Part shown: positions 33,090 through 43,514 of the stretch, piece after piece
How the letters are laid out: the number at the start of each line of letters is the position of its first letter
How positions within the stretch are numbered: the stretch's first letter is position 1
Assembly (NCBI GenBank): GCA_002811645.1
Contig: PDIP01000024.1
Span: 1-64,000 of the forward strand
Direction of reading: 5' to 3'
DNA: 64,000 nucleotides
Source: Corallochytrium limacisporum Hawaii
Lineage: Eukaryota; Protista; Pluriformea
Translations under genes and position numbers: made by a program
The notes under the pieces: generated by a model
Database searches by the model: none
The model's input: the letters and a program-made list of their open reading frames with translations, nothing else
What the model was told of the DNA's origin: nothing

Positions 33090-33224
33090 GCACTCTGTAA
33101 TCAAAAATCTACTTCACAGTTTACTGTATTTCAAATTTTCCAATTTCTTTGGTTCTATTGTGATATCCTACTTCATGTTATGACCGGTGCGTCCTATGTA
33201 GGTTTGCAGTTGTGCTGTGATCAC

Positions 33225-33695
33225 CTATTCTGCAGCCTCGGTCGACATTGCGTACAGTTTTGTCCATTCTCGGGCATTAGCTAGCGCCTTTGGTTCATCA
33301 TTCTTCCAAAGGTCAGCCACATCGGTTGCAAGAGGGTCATCAGGGTTAGGTGCACTGAGTAAGGCTTGAATGGACAGGAGGACTGTTCTAATCTGCAGGG
33401 CAGGGCTCCATTTGTCCTTTAGGATGTCCAGGCAGATCCGTCCGAGTTTATCAATATTAGGATGATAGATTTTGGTCATAAAGCGCACCTTGGGAGGAGC
33501 CATTGGGTAATCCTCGGGTAAGAAAAGTTCCAGTTTGAACTTGCCACCCTCGAAAGGAGTGTCTCCAGGTCCATCCATCACGACGAGGAAGTGCCTTGCG
33601 TTGTCCTCAGCGGGTTGCGCATCGATACCCTGCACTGGCTCTGCCATCAGGCGCTGTGTTTCCTTAAGGATCCGCTTTGGGAGCATATTTGACAT
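33225..33695 (-). CDS. UBE2N: Ubiquitin-conjugating enzyme E2 N (Ubc13)
   Basis: [17 protein letters not shown]; [61 protein letters not shown]. Confidence 0.97.
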   Translation of the reverse strand: MSNMLPKRILKETQRLMAEPVQGIDAQPAEDNARHFLVVMDGPGDTPFEGGKFKLELFLPEDYPMAPPKVRFMTKIYHPNIDKLGRICLDILKDKWSPALQIRTVLLSIQALLSAPNPDDPLATDVADLWKNDEPKALANAREWTKLYAMSTEAAE

Positions 33696-34541
33696 GATTA
33701 GTAGTGTGTGTGCAGTCTATGGGAATCCCGAATGCCCCGCTCTATACTCTTGTAGTTTATATCTCCTCTCGTGTTATGGCTTCCCCGTCCCAGTATCAAG
33801 TCTTCGGAGGTACTTATGTTCCGAATGGTTTTTTTAAATATCTGGCCAGGGTTAAGCACTGGCTTACACTTTCTCTATGCGAATTCATGTACCTTTGCGG
33901 ACGTAGGTCGGCTACGTTTCTTCAAGTATATTGGTCCCGTAAGCACACGCCCCCTGCACCACAGCGAAATGAAAACAACTCGCTCCTCTTCCTCCGCTCC
34001 CCCCGTACTAAACCATACGCATCCTGCCTAGGATCAAGAGACTGACGCTCCTTGGCGATCATCGGGAGTCTATTTTTGCCCTGCTGTCCGTTTGGGGGCT
34101 TGCGTTCGCTAAAAAGCCGTTTGCGAACTACGGTCTCCAGCTAGTCTTAACAACGGTTCCACCTGGCTTTGGGTAGGGACGGTGGAGTTCTCTCGGTTGA
34201 TTTCCAGTACTTTTCCCCCCGCCTTGCAATACCCACCGGAGGGTGGGAGGGAGTCTTACCAGCCCCGGAACACCCTCGGCGGGTCTCTTTGCTGCCAAGG
34301 TATTTGGAGATTACTTGGCAGCTGGCCTGTACTAGCAGAGCAAGACACTATTATTAATTGTCACATTCATATTGAATGATCAACATCGCGATGATGGAGA
34401 CATCATTGGATGTAAATTCCAATCTTGTTGGATGTAGGATGGGAATGCGTGATCGTGAACAGTTCCGCCGGCCTTATCTCCAAGGGGAGCCAGCCCCGAA
34501 CCAGTCGGAACGACGTTGTCGAAACCTTCGATAGGAATACC

Positions 34542-36456
34542 AGCATCTATGAAGGCTTTGATGAACCACAGGCAGCAGATGCCATGAATGAATAGGACAG
34601 TCTGATGGATGAAAGGTCCTTTAGGGAGGCTGTACAAATGAGCTATGGATCAGTCCGGCCTAGTATGCGCACAGCTACAGCTCGCAAGCAAGAGAGACTA
34701 CGTACGGGAATAAGTTCACCCAACAGTCAAGGTGATCAAGGCTTAGACCGCCCTGGAACGTCTGCAGTACGTGCAGCGGGATATAAGACGGCAAGGGACC
34801 GCCATGGTTAACTCACACGGGCAGGTCGTGGCCAGGGACCAGATCCACCCCTGATTGAGAAGCAGGATAGTGAATTTGACAAGTTAAGGAAGCTGGAACA
34901 GAAAATCATGAATTTAGTGGAAGAAAGTTTGACGGCAGAACGTCGTGGTAAGGCTCTTGAGGCTTTGGAGATGGCTCGGGAAGCCCACAAACTAGAGAAG
35001 AGCTTAAATGCCCAGAGGAAATCCCAGGAAATGAAAGTCATTGCCAATCTGGATCTCACATACTCTGTGATGTTCAATCTTGCAAAACAATACGAAGTTA
35101 ATGCTATGTATGACGAGGCTCTGCAAAGTTATCAAGCCATCCTAAGGAATGAGGCCTTCAGTAGTGTAGGTCGTCTGCGAATCAACATGGGAATATCTAC
35201 TTTACACAACAGAACTACCACAATGCCATTCGTATGTATCGCACGGCTCTTGACCTTGTGTCAGGAGCGTACAAGTACATGCGCACCAAGATAATGCGCA
35301 ATATTGGCACTTCGTTCGTGGAGTGGGGACAGTACAACGAAGCCATTGTCTCCTATGATACTATTATGAACGAGACCCCTGATTTCCGCACCGGCTTCAA
35401 CCTCATCCTGCTACGCCCTCGGTGATCGTGAACACATGAGGACTACACAGCTGCAGAAATATACGCAGACCTCGCACTGAAACATGACCGGTACAATTCA
35501 CTTGCTATGGTCAACAAGGGCAATATAAAATATGCTCAAAGGGACTTTGACGAGGCTAGGCGTTTGTACGCGCAGGCAGTCCAGAACGATCAGTCCTGTT
35601 TCGAGGGGCACTACAATCTAGGATTGGTGTACCGTCGTCTGGCACAGTTACAGAAAGCCCGTGACTGTTTTAAGACAGCGCATAGCTTGAAACGCACAAC
35701 GGTAGAACCAATTTACCAGATGGCGTGTCTCTTTGATGAAGATGGTTTGATGGATGATGCGAAGGAATGGTATGGCAAAGCACTGACCATTGTACCTACC
35801 GACGCCGGTCTGCATCAGCGTCTCGGTGACCTCTACGAGGAACTTGGAGACCTTGCCAGCGCATGTAACAGCTACTCCGAGGCCCACAAGTATAACTCTA
35901 CGGATGTGCACATCATTCATTGGCTGGCTGCCTACAGGAAGAAGACTTCGCCCAGGCCATAGAGTATTTCAAACGAGCAGCAATTGCTCAGAGTCGTGAA
36001 GTGACGTGGCGTCTGATGACTGCTGCATGCATGCGTCGCTTAGGGAATTTGCAAGGTGCCTTGGAGGAGTACAAGAGCATCGATGCGAGTTTCTCACCGA
36101 ACGTGGAGAGTCTCAAATTCATTGTGAAGTTGATGAGGGATTTGGGCCTGGACAAGCAGACTGACACCACAGCCTAGTACAAAGAATATGTGACGAAGCT
36201 GCAGCGGGCCGAAAAGTGGGCTAGGGACAACCCGAAGGTCGAGAAAGAAACCGTACTGCTGTCCTTAGGAGAGTTGAAGAAGTCGCGTCGCAATCGGCAA
36301 AAGAAAAGGCCATCAACTACGAGTATCGATGTGAACTATGCCGATCCTCTCAGTGGAGATCTTGAGGCCCCAAGTCTGGTTCAGATAACCATGAGCGGTG
36401 GCACGGCCAAAGACTTCGGCGAGACCGAGTTGGATGACAAATCGCTGCCCATGTGA
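34542..36456 (+). pseudogene. IFT88: IFT88 pseudogene (true 5' end uncertain, perhaps about 34390)
   Basis: Colinear IFT88 blocks: IYEGFD; F.EAV..SYG.RP; RPGTSAVRAAGY; LEQKIMNLVEES; NLDLTYSVMFNLAKQY; GRLRINMG/NIY; KIMRNIG..F..GQY; GDRE; YADLAL..DRYN..A.VNKGN; YNLGL; PTD; WLAAY; AIEYFKRA; W.LM.A.C.RR.GN; IDVNYADPL; DFGETELDD. Stops TAG 34593, TAA 34809, TAG 36175; frame changes at about 35191, 35411, 35440 (with deletion) and 35935. Confidence 0.93.
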
Positions 36457-36553
36457 GCAATGAGTAGTTGGATTCCTTCGGACAAACGGACGTGACAATG
36501 ATAGCACAGATCTATGACCATTTCTACGACTTTCTTTCTGATTAGTTTTGCAT

Positions 36554-37189
36554 TCAGACTTCAAACAACCCCGTCTGTGAATAGTTACCGTCGCCGGTCC
36601 GACCTAACCGCCGCCGATTTTCGGCCTTTCGACCGTTCTCGATCATGGTCTTAATATGGTCATGATCTTGTTCTTTGAGCTTCGAGTTGTTTGCAAGGGC
36701 ACTCATTTCCGCAAGGCTCTCTCGTGCTTTCTTTAGGTCCCTGTTTTCGAATACCTCTAGTTGCTCAAGGAACCCTTTGTTGGGCTGCACAAAGGGTCTT
36801 GCTGTACGGATAGCTTCGAGGACTGTCTGTACGTCATGATCTGTGGCCGCTGCAAGATATGCTATGCAGATTGTTGTGCTACGACTAATTCCCGCGATAC
36901 AATGGATTAGAATATTATTTGTACGGTCAGCAAGTCTTTGAGCATGGATCCATTTGCAGCACTTGTCGAAATGGTCAATGAGGGGCTCGAATTGGGTATC
37001 TGTTACTCGAATATTCAAGTATTGGATAGCAGCTTTGCTCGGGTCAATTCCTTCTCCTTCAAATCCGGCCCTCTCGTGAAGTGATACTATATGCGTGATC
37101 TTATAACGCCTGATTTGCTTTAAGTCTTCTGCATCCTTCAGACTACCCAGGTATATGTCGGGCAAAATCTGACTAGCTCCGTTTCCCAT
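36554..37189 (-). CDS. Atypical dual-specificity phosphatase, DUSP22/DUSP15-like (N-myristoylation motif)
   Basis: MGNGASQILPDIYLGS start; ITHIVSLH; catalytic HCIAGISRS; PNKGFLEQL. Confidence 0.9.
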   Translation of the reverse strand: MGNGASQILPDIYLGSLKDAEDLKQIRRYKITHIVSLHERAGFEGEGIDPSKAAIQYLNIRVTDTQFEPLIDHFDKCCKWIHAQRLADRTNNILIHCIAGISRSTTICIAYLAAATDHDVQTVLEAIRTARPFVQPNKGFLEQLEVFENRDLKKARESLAEMSALANNSKLKEQDHDHIKTMIENGRKAENRRRLGRTGDGNYSQTGLFEV

Positions 37190-38112
37190 AACTATTGATC
37201 ATGGAATCCATGAAACCAAGCCACAGTTGCTTCCACAGATCTTAAAATATACTGTAATCTGCGCTCCCCAAGTACAAATAGCTGCGCAATGAGCAGCCGT
37301 GTCCACGATTCCATCTACGGATGGTTTCCTGATATGTGACGGCTCGATCCTCCTCTTCCCCCTCCCCCTCCGGGGCCGAACTCTCAGCTACCGATTCCTT
37401 TATATATAACCTGAGGATCTCTCTAGGAGAGCAGGGTGGTTTCCGATTGCTTCAGTACTCCTCAATCCCGCGAGAATCCGCTGTCTGTCACTTCCCTAAT
37501 TTCGGAGTCTATTTTTGTTCCCCGTATTTTCAGCTTTCCCTTGGCGCGTGGTGGTAACTGCTCTGTTCTTTCAATTCTAACTCATTCTACCGTCGCTGGA
37601 AGCCAAGTCCATTCAGAGCCCCCCACATGCGGAGAGAAGAGCCATGGGGGTCCCTTTTTCGAAAGCAGATGCGGGGCAGGCCCATCCCCGAGACTGAACA
37701 GCTGGCTTTGTTGTAGCCAACGGCGCTTCCAAAGCTTGCAAATTGGTCACCTTCCTCGACGGTGTGCTCCCTGCCTGTAAGCCCGGAATAAGGGAAATTG
37801 CAATGGCTTTTCGGCCGGGGTGCATTGGCTTGGCTACTGCCGCCTGAGGCGCTGCTGTTGATTTACAGGTCGATGGCACTTTGCGGGTCGGAAGGGAACA
37901 ACAATGGACTGTACTCCACAAAGAAGTACCTATGGAGCAAGCGATGCTCAATTTCATAACGAGTCGTTTGTGATTGATGGTTTTTGAGAGCAGCTATAAG
38001 GTAGAGTAGGAGCTGTCAATCATTCTTACCTTTACTGTCAGGAAAGGAACTTTTATTTTTGTTTTTTTTGGAATTTTGGGCCCTGGGATAGAAAGCAGAC
38101 AATTACTGAATC

Positions 38113-39426
38113 ATGTCTGCCTTCCTGGGATCTCAAATCGAGGTTATTACCGCCTCAAAAATTCGGTATGTTGGCTCACTTATAAGTTTGGATAGGGAAA
38201 CGTCCACGGTCACTTTGGGCGAAGTGCGGTTCTTTGGTAGCGAAGGCCGGCGTGGCGGCGTGAACGAAATTCCGGCAATGGATGCTGTCTACACCAGCAT
38301 TGAATTCAAAGGAACGGACATTGAGGAATTGCACGTCCTGGAACAGCCCAAACAGCAGGCTCCTCCCCAGCAGCAGGTACCTCCTCAGCAGCAGCAGCAG
38401 CAACAGCCACAGCAACCGCCGCCGGCGGCCGCGGCGGTGGTACCCGTCCAGGAACGGCAGCAGCAGCAACAACAGGCAGTCCCTGCTGCTGAACCCGCAC
38501 CGGTTGCTGATGCCAAGCCAAAGAACGCATGGAGTGCAGGGCGGCCCGGCGGAGCTGCTGCGCCCACGGCGAAGCCCGCTACGGTCAATGCACCGGGTGT
38601 CGTGGAGTCCGTCCCTCAGCACAAGCCAGCCGAGCCTCAGGCCGTGGGCACAGTCCAACCTTTGCCCAGCTCTGGCAGTACCAGCAGTGGTCAGCGCAGT
38701 GGAGGACGTGGTGGACGCAAGCCTCGAGAGTACGATGACAACGACAACCAGCCGTACCGTGGCGGACGTGGTGGAGGACGTGGTGGGCGAGGCGGTCGCG
38801 GAGCCCGTGGCGGTCAGTACCAAAACGGCAGCGGGGATCATCATCACCATCGGGGACCCCACTACAAGCCTGGAACAGGAGATTTTGTGGCCCATAAAGG
38901 ACGTCCTGCCAGAAGCGGAGATCTGAAATTTGACTCTGAATTCGATTTTGAGGCATCAAACCAGGTTTTTAACAAGGAAGATATTGAGAAGGATTTGCGA
39001 GAGCAGTTGGAGGCTATGAAGGTGTCGGGAGCAGGTGCTGGAGAAGCGAATGCCGAAGCAGACGGTCCAGATATCGCTGATTCAGAGAGCAAACCAGAGC
39101 GCCCTGCGGGTGTGCACCCAGGAGCAGACCTCAGTGCTCTCCTCGATTCTGGTGACACCTACGACAAAGAGAAGTCCTTCTTTGACAATCTGTCTCGTGA
39201 CTCTGGTGGCAGGAAGGATCGTGATGAGATCCGTGCAGAGCAGCGCGCAGAGCGGAGCACGAACATGGAAACTTTTGGCATTGCTGGCCTCCCCCAGAAC
39301 CACTACCGCGGCCGTGGACGTGGACGTGGTCGTGGTCGGGGTCGAGGACGTGGACGTGGTGGTCAGAACAGAAACTATGACTCCAGTGAAGGCACAACGA
39401 CCGTCAGCAGTAGTGTCCAGCAATAA
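38113..39426 (+). CDS. LSM14: LSM14/Scd6/RAP55 P-body protein
   Basis: Lsm14 domain FLGSQIEVI..IRYVG..FFGSEGRR..FKGTDI; polyQ/P; RGG repeats; DFEASN.F.K; YDKEKSFFDNLS; NMETFG; terminal RG repeats. Confidence 0.95.
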   Translation: MSAFLGSQIEVITASKIRYVGSLISLDRETSTVTLGEVRFFGSEGRRGGVNEIPAMDAVYTSIEFKGTDIEELHVLEQPKQQAPPQQQVPPQQQQQQQPQQPPPAAAAVVPVQERQQQQQQAVPAAEPAPVADAKPKNAWSAGRPGGAAAPTAKPATVNAPGVVESVPQHKPAEPQAVGTVQPLPSSGSTSSGQRSGGRGGRKPREYDDNDNQPYRGGRGGGRGGRGGRGARGGQYQNGSGDHHHHRGPHYKPGTGDFVAHKGRPARSGDLKFDSEFDFEASNQVFNKEDIEKDLREQLEAMKVSGAGAGEANAEADGPDIADSESKPERPAGVHPGADLSALLDSGDTYDKEKSFFDNLSRDSGGRKDRDEIRAEQRAERSTNMETFGIAGLPQNHYRGRGRGRGRGRGRGRGRGGQNRNYDSSEGTTTVSSSVQQ

Positions 39427-41813
39427 GGACCAGGGCTGTGTTTGAAGATTCAATTACACCGGATTAATTACACGATATGGTATTGAGCTACCATCCAACC
39501 TAAACAATTAGATGCAACGGAAGATCCGAAATGTCAAGAGAAGTAAGCCGTTTCTTCGATAGGCAGTTAACTCTCAGGAGGATGTGGCCAGTTGGTACAC
39601 ACTAATGAACGTTAGAACAGAATGTTCTAAAACTGTTGTTACTCCATGTGTCTGGTAAGTTCGTTGAATTCTTGTAAAATATGATTGTCTTGGCGGTATA
39701 GTAATCTAATACACATTCGTCAATCTCCTTATCAGAATGAACTTAGTTGGTCCTCTATCCCACAAATTGTATTCAATAGCAGCGATAGTAGAAAAGTGTA
39801 TTCAATTTTGTGCTTACCGTGTAGTTCTCATATTTGGCAATTAAGAGGGATAATTGCTTCTTCATATGCAGCCTCCGGACATTGTTACGAAATAGTTGAT
39901 TTGGACCACTCGTCGATATGGAGTTTGAGAGGGTGAGTTTAGAATTCACGTTTACCTTACCCATTTTTTGAATTGATGCGGAAAAATTCACCTTCAGGCA
40001 CCCACTAGACACCTATGGATCTCAGCATTGCAATATTAGTGCATTCGTGCTATTATCGACGTCTCTGCTTTCTTCCACTCGACAAATGCACTGCCATCAC
40101 CGTAGGCTAGGAGCATTAGGTCTCTCCTTGCACTGTTTTCGTATTTTAAATCTGTGTGTTTGACCACACACTAATCTTCAGTGTACATAGCTTGGAAAGA
40201 TTCTGTTGCGGAACGACTCTCCTCTCTCTGTTCCAGTGTCGCAGTGTCGGAGGCGCGTTTGTGGGAACTCAATCTGAATATATACTACCCCTCCTAGCTG
40301 ACCAGCTCACCTGGGCAGAAACCATCGCATACTGGCCACACCACCGATAAGGTAAGGCAATTTTTATGATGTATGTGTCGGCCCACCCCCTCCCCCCCCT
40401 CCCCCAAATGGTTCCGGTGTAAAGGAGGGCGAATGGTGCCCCTATCATAACATAACCTTGGACTCTGACATCAGTGTATCCACACGAGTGCGGTCAACTT
40501 TAACTCTCACCCGACGACGACGCGGGAGGAAAGGGAACAAAGTATCTATCTGATGTGGTGGTGCTGTCCGGACTCGAAGTAATGGGACTAGCAGCTGGTC
40601 TTGCCATTTCCAATTCCCAAACAGTCATTTGCATAAAATTAACATTCAGAATAACCAACCAGATATTTTCCCATGTTCAAGACAGGGCTTACTTGAATGG
40701 GGGGGGGGGAACACATGCGAACCTCACCACTGCATGTCACTTTTTGTTAATCCCTACGTTATTTTATTTCGCCGCCGGCATGGTCGTGACACTTCCGAAT
40801 ATGAAATATGGTAGCCCCATGTATTCTTATAGGGGGTAACCACTACAACCGGCTGTGCCCACTGGCGATTGTTTTGTGACCTAACTACTAACCGATATGG
40901 TACCCAAGGCAAATTCTGCCAAATGTGATTGGCGAAATGATTTCAAGTTTGACAAAAACTGCGGGGAATCCTGATATAGGGCTGACCGGGGAGAGCCACC
41001 ACGCTTAGGAATGAGAATTGGTGTGGTGCGATGCTTCAACACGCAGTGCCTAAGTAGGTACAGAAATGTTATTAGAAAGGGTGTACTCCAAACAGCCATT
41101 GAGGAAAGTGGGCCGCTGCCGGTTCAAATTGAACCAGTGGCTGCGGTTGGGAGTGGCCGAAAAGAAACTGTGGCGAAGGAGAAAGGATGGAGTCTGCGCA
41201 GGGGGATTGCTGTGCCACGAACAAAAATTTATGATTGCAACTGCATGCCGGTCCGGTCCGGAACCGGCAGTGATGCTCTCTGTACTCTGTGACAATGCCA
41301 GCACGAGCGATAAGTTTTGCCTCGCTTGCAAATCGAACGCCGCGTCGATTCGGGCCGCTCCAGGGAAGCCTCATTTTGAATTATACCAACCAAGATTTGA
41401 TATGCGGTGAGGAGGAGGCGGTCCTTGTTGATTGTGCTGATATCTCTGAGCCTAAACGGGGGCATCTTGGTGGGGCGGCGGGGTCTGGGGACGCTGGGCT
41501 GCGCTGTAGGACGTGCCGCTGCTGGGCAGGAACCGACCACGAGAAGGCGGTCCCCAGCCTGCCCAGTTCACGAAGTCTGCTGGTACCGCCCGGCTTTCAT
41601 CTAAATAATTTGTTATTTTTAACTCCGAGAAATCCGAAGCATTATCCAAGGAACCTTCTTGGTCGCCCAAGTATTTGCGGCTGGATATTACGCAAAATAA
41701 AATTGCTCTACAACCTTTCCCTGTTCAATTTTATTAGTTTCCAGTTTCCAAGATCGTAAATCGTGAACAATATGTGAATACTCTGCTGAAGTACAGAAGC
41801 AAAAATTTCTGTT

Positions 41814-43145
41814 ATGCTTACCGGAGAGAGTCCGGGTCGGTCGAATGCCGCCCATCCAGACCAAGAATGGCGGAGAAATGTGGTCATTGATTTCTCGAAT
41901 GCTGTTGACTGGCTGAAATCTTCTAGCCCATTTATTCTTCTTCTCTTTCTTCAGACTGTCAAATTAAGCTATGTTGTGGCGGCAGTAACAGGGATCATGC
42001 TGTGGGTGTTTACATATCAATGCACGCAACTACTACAAGACGCCGTAGCCCGCCGACAGCACCACAAACTGGCTCTCTTAGCCATACTATGCGCCCTAGG
42101 CACTACTCTGTTCAAGCACATTTGCGGGATACAGTACTTCACAAAGACGGATTCATGGCAGTCCTTGGTATCGGGAATTACTCTGGTCGGGACACACAAA
42201 CCAATGACTGTGTGGGATACTCTTATGGTTATTTTCTTGTGCGACGCATTTGCAGCGGCCCTCGCACTGACACTAAAGCTGAGCCTGACGTACATGGCAA
42301 TGTGTTACGGGCTCCGGTATCAGGCCAACAGCAGCGCACCCGTGGGCGAGGAAGGGATGTCAAATGACAATGAAGAAGGTCCCAGGGATACAAGTCGCAC
42401 CCCGAGCATCCTCACCCCAGGTTGGCATGTTGAAGGCTGGTTAAATTTATGTGAGAATTCCATTATCTTCTACCGCATGCTGCTACCGACGGGATTCTGG
42501 ATTCAATATTTTATGCGTGAGATCCGTATGGTCGACTTTGAAGAGGCCAGAGCTGCTGTGACCATCGGGCTCGCCAGCGAGGAAGACAGTCACGAGCCCG
42601 GCATGCAGAAAGTAAACACGGACATCGTAATGTACCACATCCACATCTTCTGGCTGTTTGCCCTGCTCATTATGTACGTTCTGCTCAAGGCGGGTTTTGC
42701 GTTTGGTCAAGGGTGCAAAGTTTTCAATTCTTTAGATCAATTAACACAACTCCGTAAGCGGACGATTTGGTTGCACGGCGCTGCACACTGGCACAATTGG
42801 CTGGCGGGTTCAGCAGGCGAGGGCTTAAGTCACAGCCCAGAGCGGACCAAAGAAAGCTCGGGACACGCAATTCAATCCAGCATGATGACCATGGGAATAT
42901 CTACAAATTCCAAATCAACAGACATGTATGACTACCATAAGGAACCAAGAGCATGTCCGGTATGTTTCGATCCTTTGGACGCGGTGAAGGTGCGGTTGCG
43001 GTGCGGCCACATGTTCTGTGATCCTTGTCTAACGCAGTGGCTCAAGATCGAGAGCACATGCCCTGTGTGTCGAGCAGATGTACCCATGATCAATGGGCAA
43101 TGCTGGGGTGGAGGAGAGATGTACATGTCAGTTGTTCTTTTCTAA
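41814..43145 (+). CDS. RING finger and transmembrane domain protein (RNFT1/2-like E3 ligase)
   Basis: WLKSSSPFILLL; several TM helices; YRMLLPTGFWIQYF; C-terminal C3HC4 RING CPVC..CGHMFC..CLTQW..TCPVCR followed by W..G....V.LF. Confidence 0.82.
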   Translation: MLTGESPGRSNAAHPDQEWRRNVVIDFSNAVDWLKSSSPFILLLFLQTVKLSYVVAAVTGIMLWVFTYQCTQLLQDAVARRQHHKLALLAILCALGTTLFKHICGIQYFTKTDSWQSLVSGITLVGTHKPMTVWDTLMVIFLCDAFAAALALTLKLSLTYMAMCYGLRYQANSSAPVGEEGMSNDNEEGPRDTSRTPSILTPGWHVEGWLNLCENSIIFYRMLLPTGFWIQYFMREIRMVDFEEARAAVTIGLASEEDSHEPGMQKVNTDIVMYHIHIFWLFALLIMYVLLKAGFAFGQGCKVFNSLDQLTQLRKRTIWLHGAAHWHNWLAGSAGEGLSHSPERTKESSGHAIQSSMMTMGISTNSKSTDMYDYHKEPRACPVCFDPLDAVKVRLRCGHMFCDPCLTQWLKIESTCPVCRADVPMINGQCWGGGEMYMSVVLF

Positions 43146-43238
43146 ATGGAGCAAGAGTTCGGTTCTCTTGAGTAAAAATTAGTATTTCATCTCACTACAA
43201 AATCCTTGTAACATATCATATCCGTTCGTTAGAACTGT

Positions 43239-43514
43239 TTATTGTCTCGAGCTATCTGCACACACATTGAGCGAGGCACGTAGGTTGTTTAGAGCTTCGT
43301 GCAATTTCGCAATTCGATCCGCAAACTGCGCAAAAGAGTCTTGGTCGTTAAGAACGGCCTTTAATTTTGCGGTGATTTTGTCCATACATTCTCCTGCTTC
43401 AATGTAAAGCGTACTTTGGTGCACAGTAAGAACTTGTTTCAAATCGTCAATGTCCTCTATGCCAGCCAGTGACACTCCCAGGTCACTAATATCTACATGT
43501 GATTCGGTATCCAT
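43239..43514 (-). CDS. Small coiled-coil protein (91 aa), possibly BLOC-1/BORC subunit-like
   Basis: ATG-initiated, convergent with the RNFT gene, heptad amphipathic pattern; family assignment is weak. Confidence 0.5.
   Translation of the reverse strand: MDTESHVDISDLGVSLAGIEDIDDLKQVLTVHQSTLYIEAGECMDKITAKLKAVLNDQDSFAQFADRIAKLHEALNNLRASLNVCADSSRQ

Noticed and set aside
34045-34325. Possible degenerate RFX X-boxes upstream of IFT88 (gctccttggcgat, attacttggcagc)
   Set aside because: Two or more mismatches to the consensus; expected by chance without a PWM scan
34542-36456. Alternative genetic code (TAA/TAG = Gln), micro-introns or programmed frameshifting as an explanation of IFT88
   Set aside because: Intact genes end normally at TAA/TAG; the lesions are losses of sequence rather than GT-AG insertions; the large internal deletion could not be rescued by recoding
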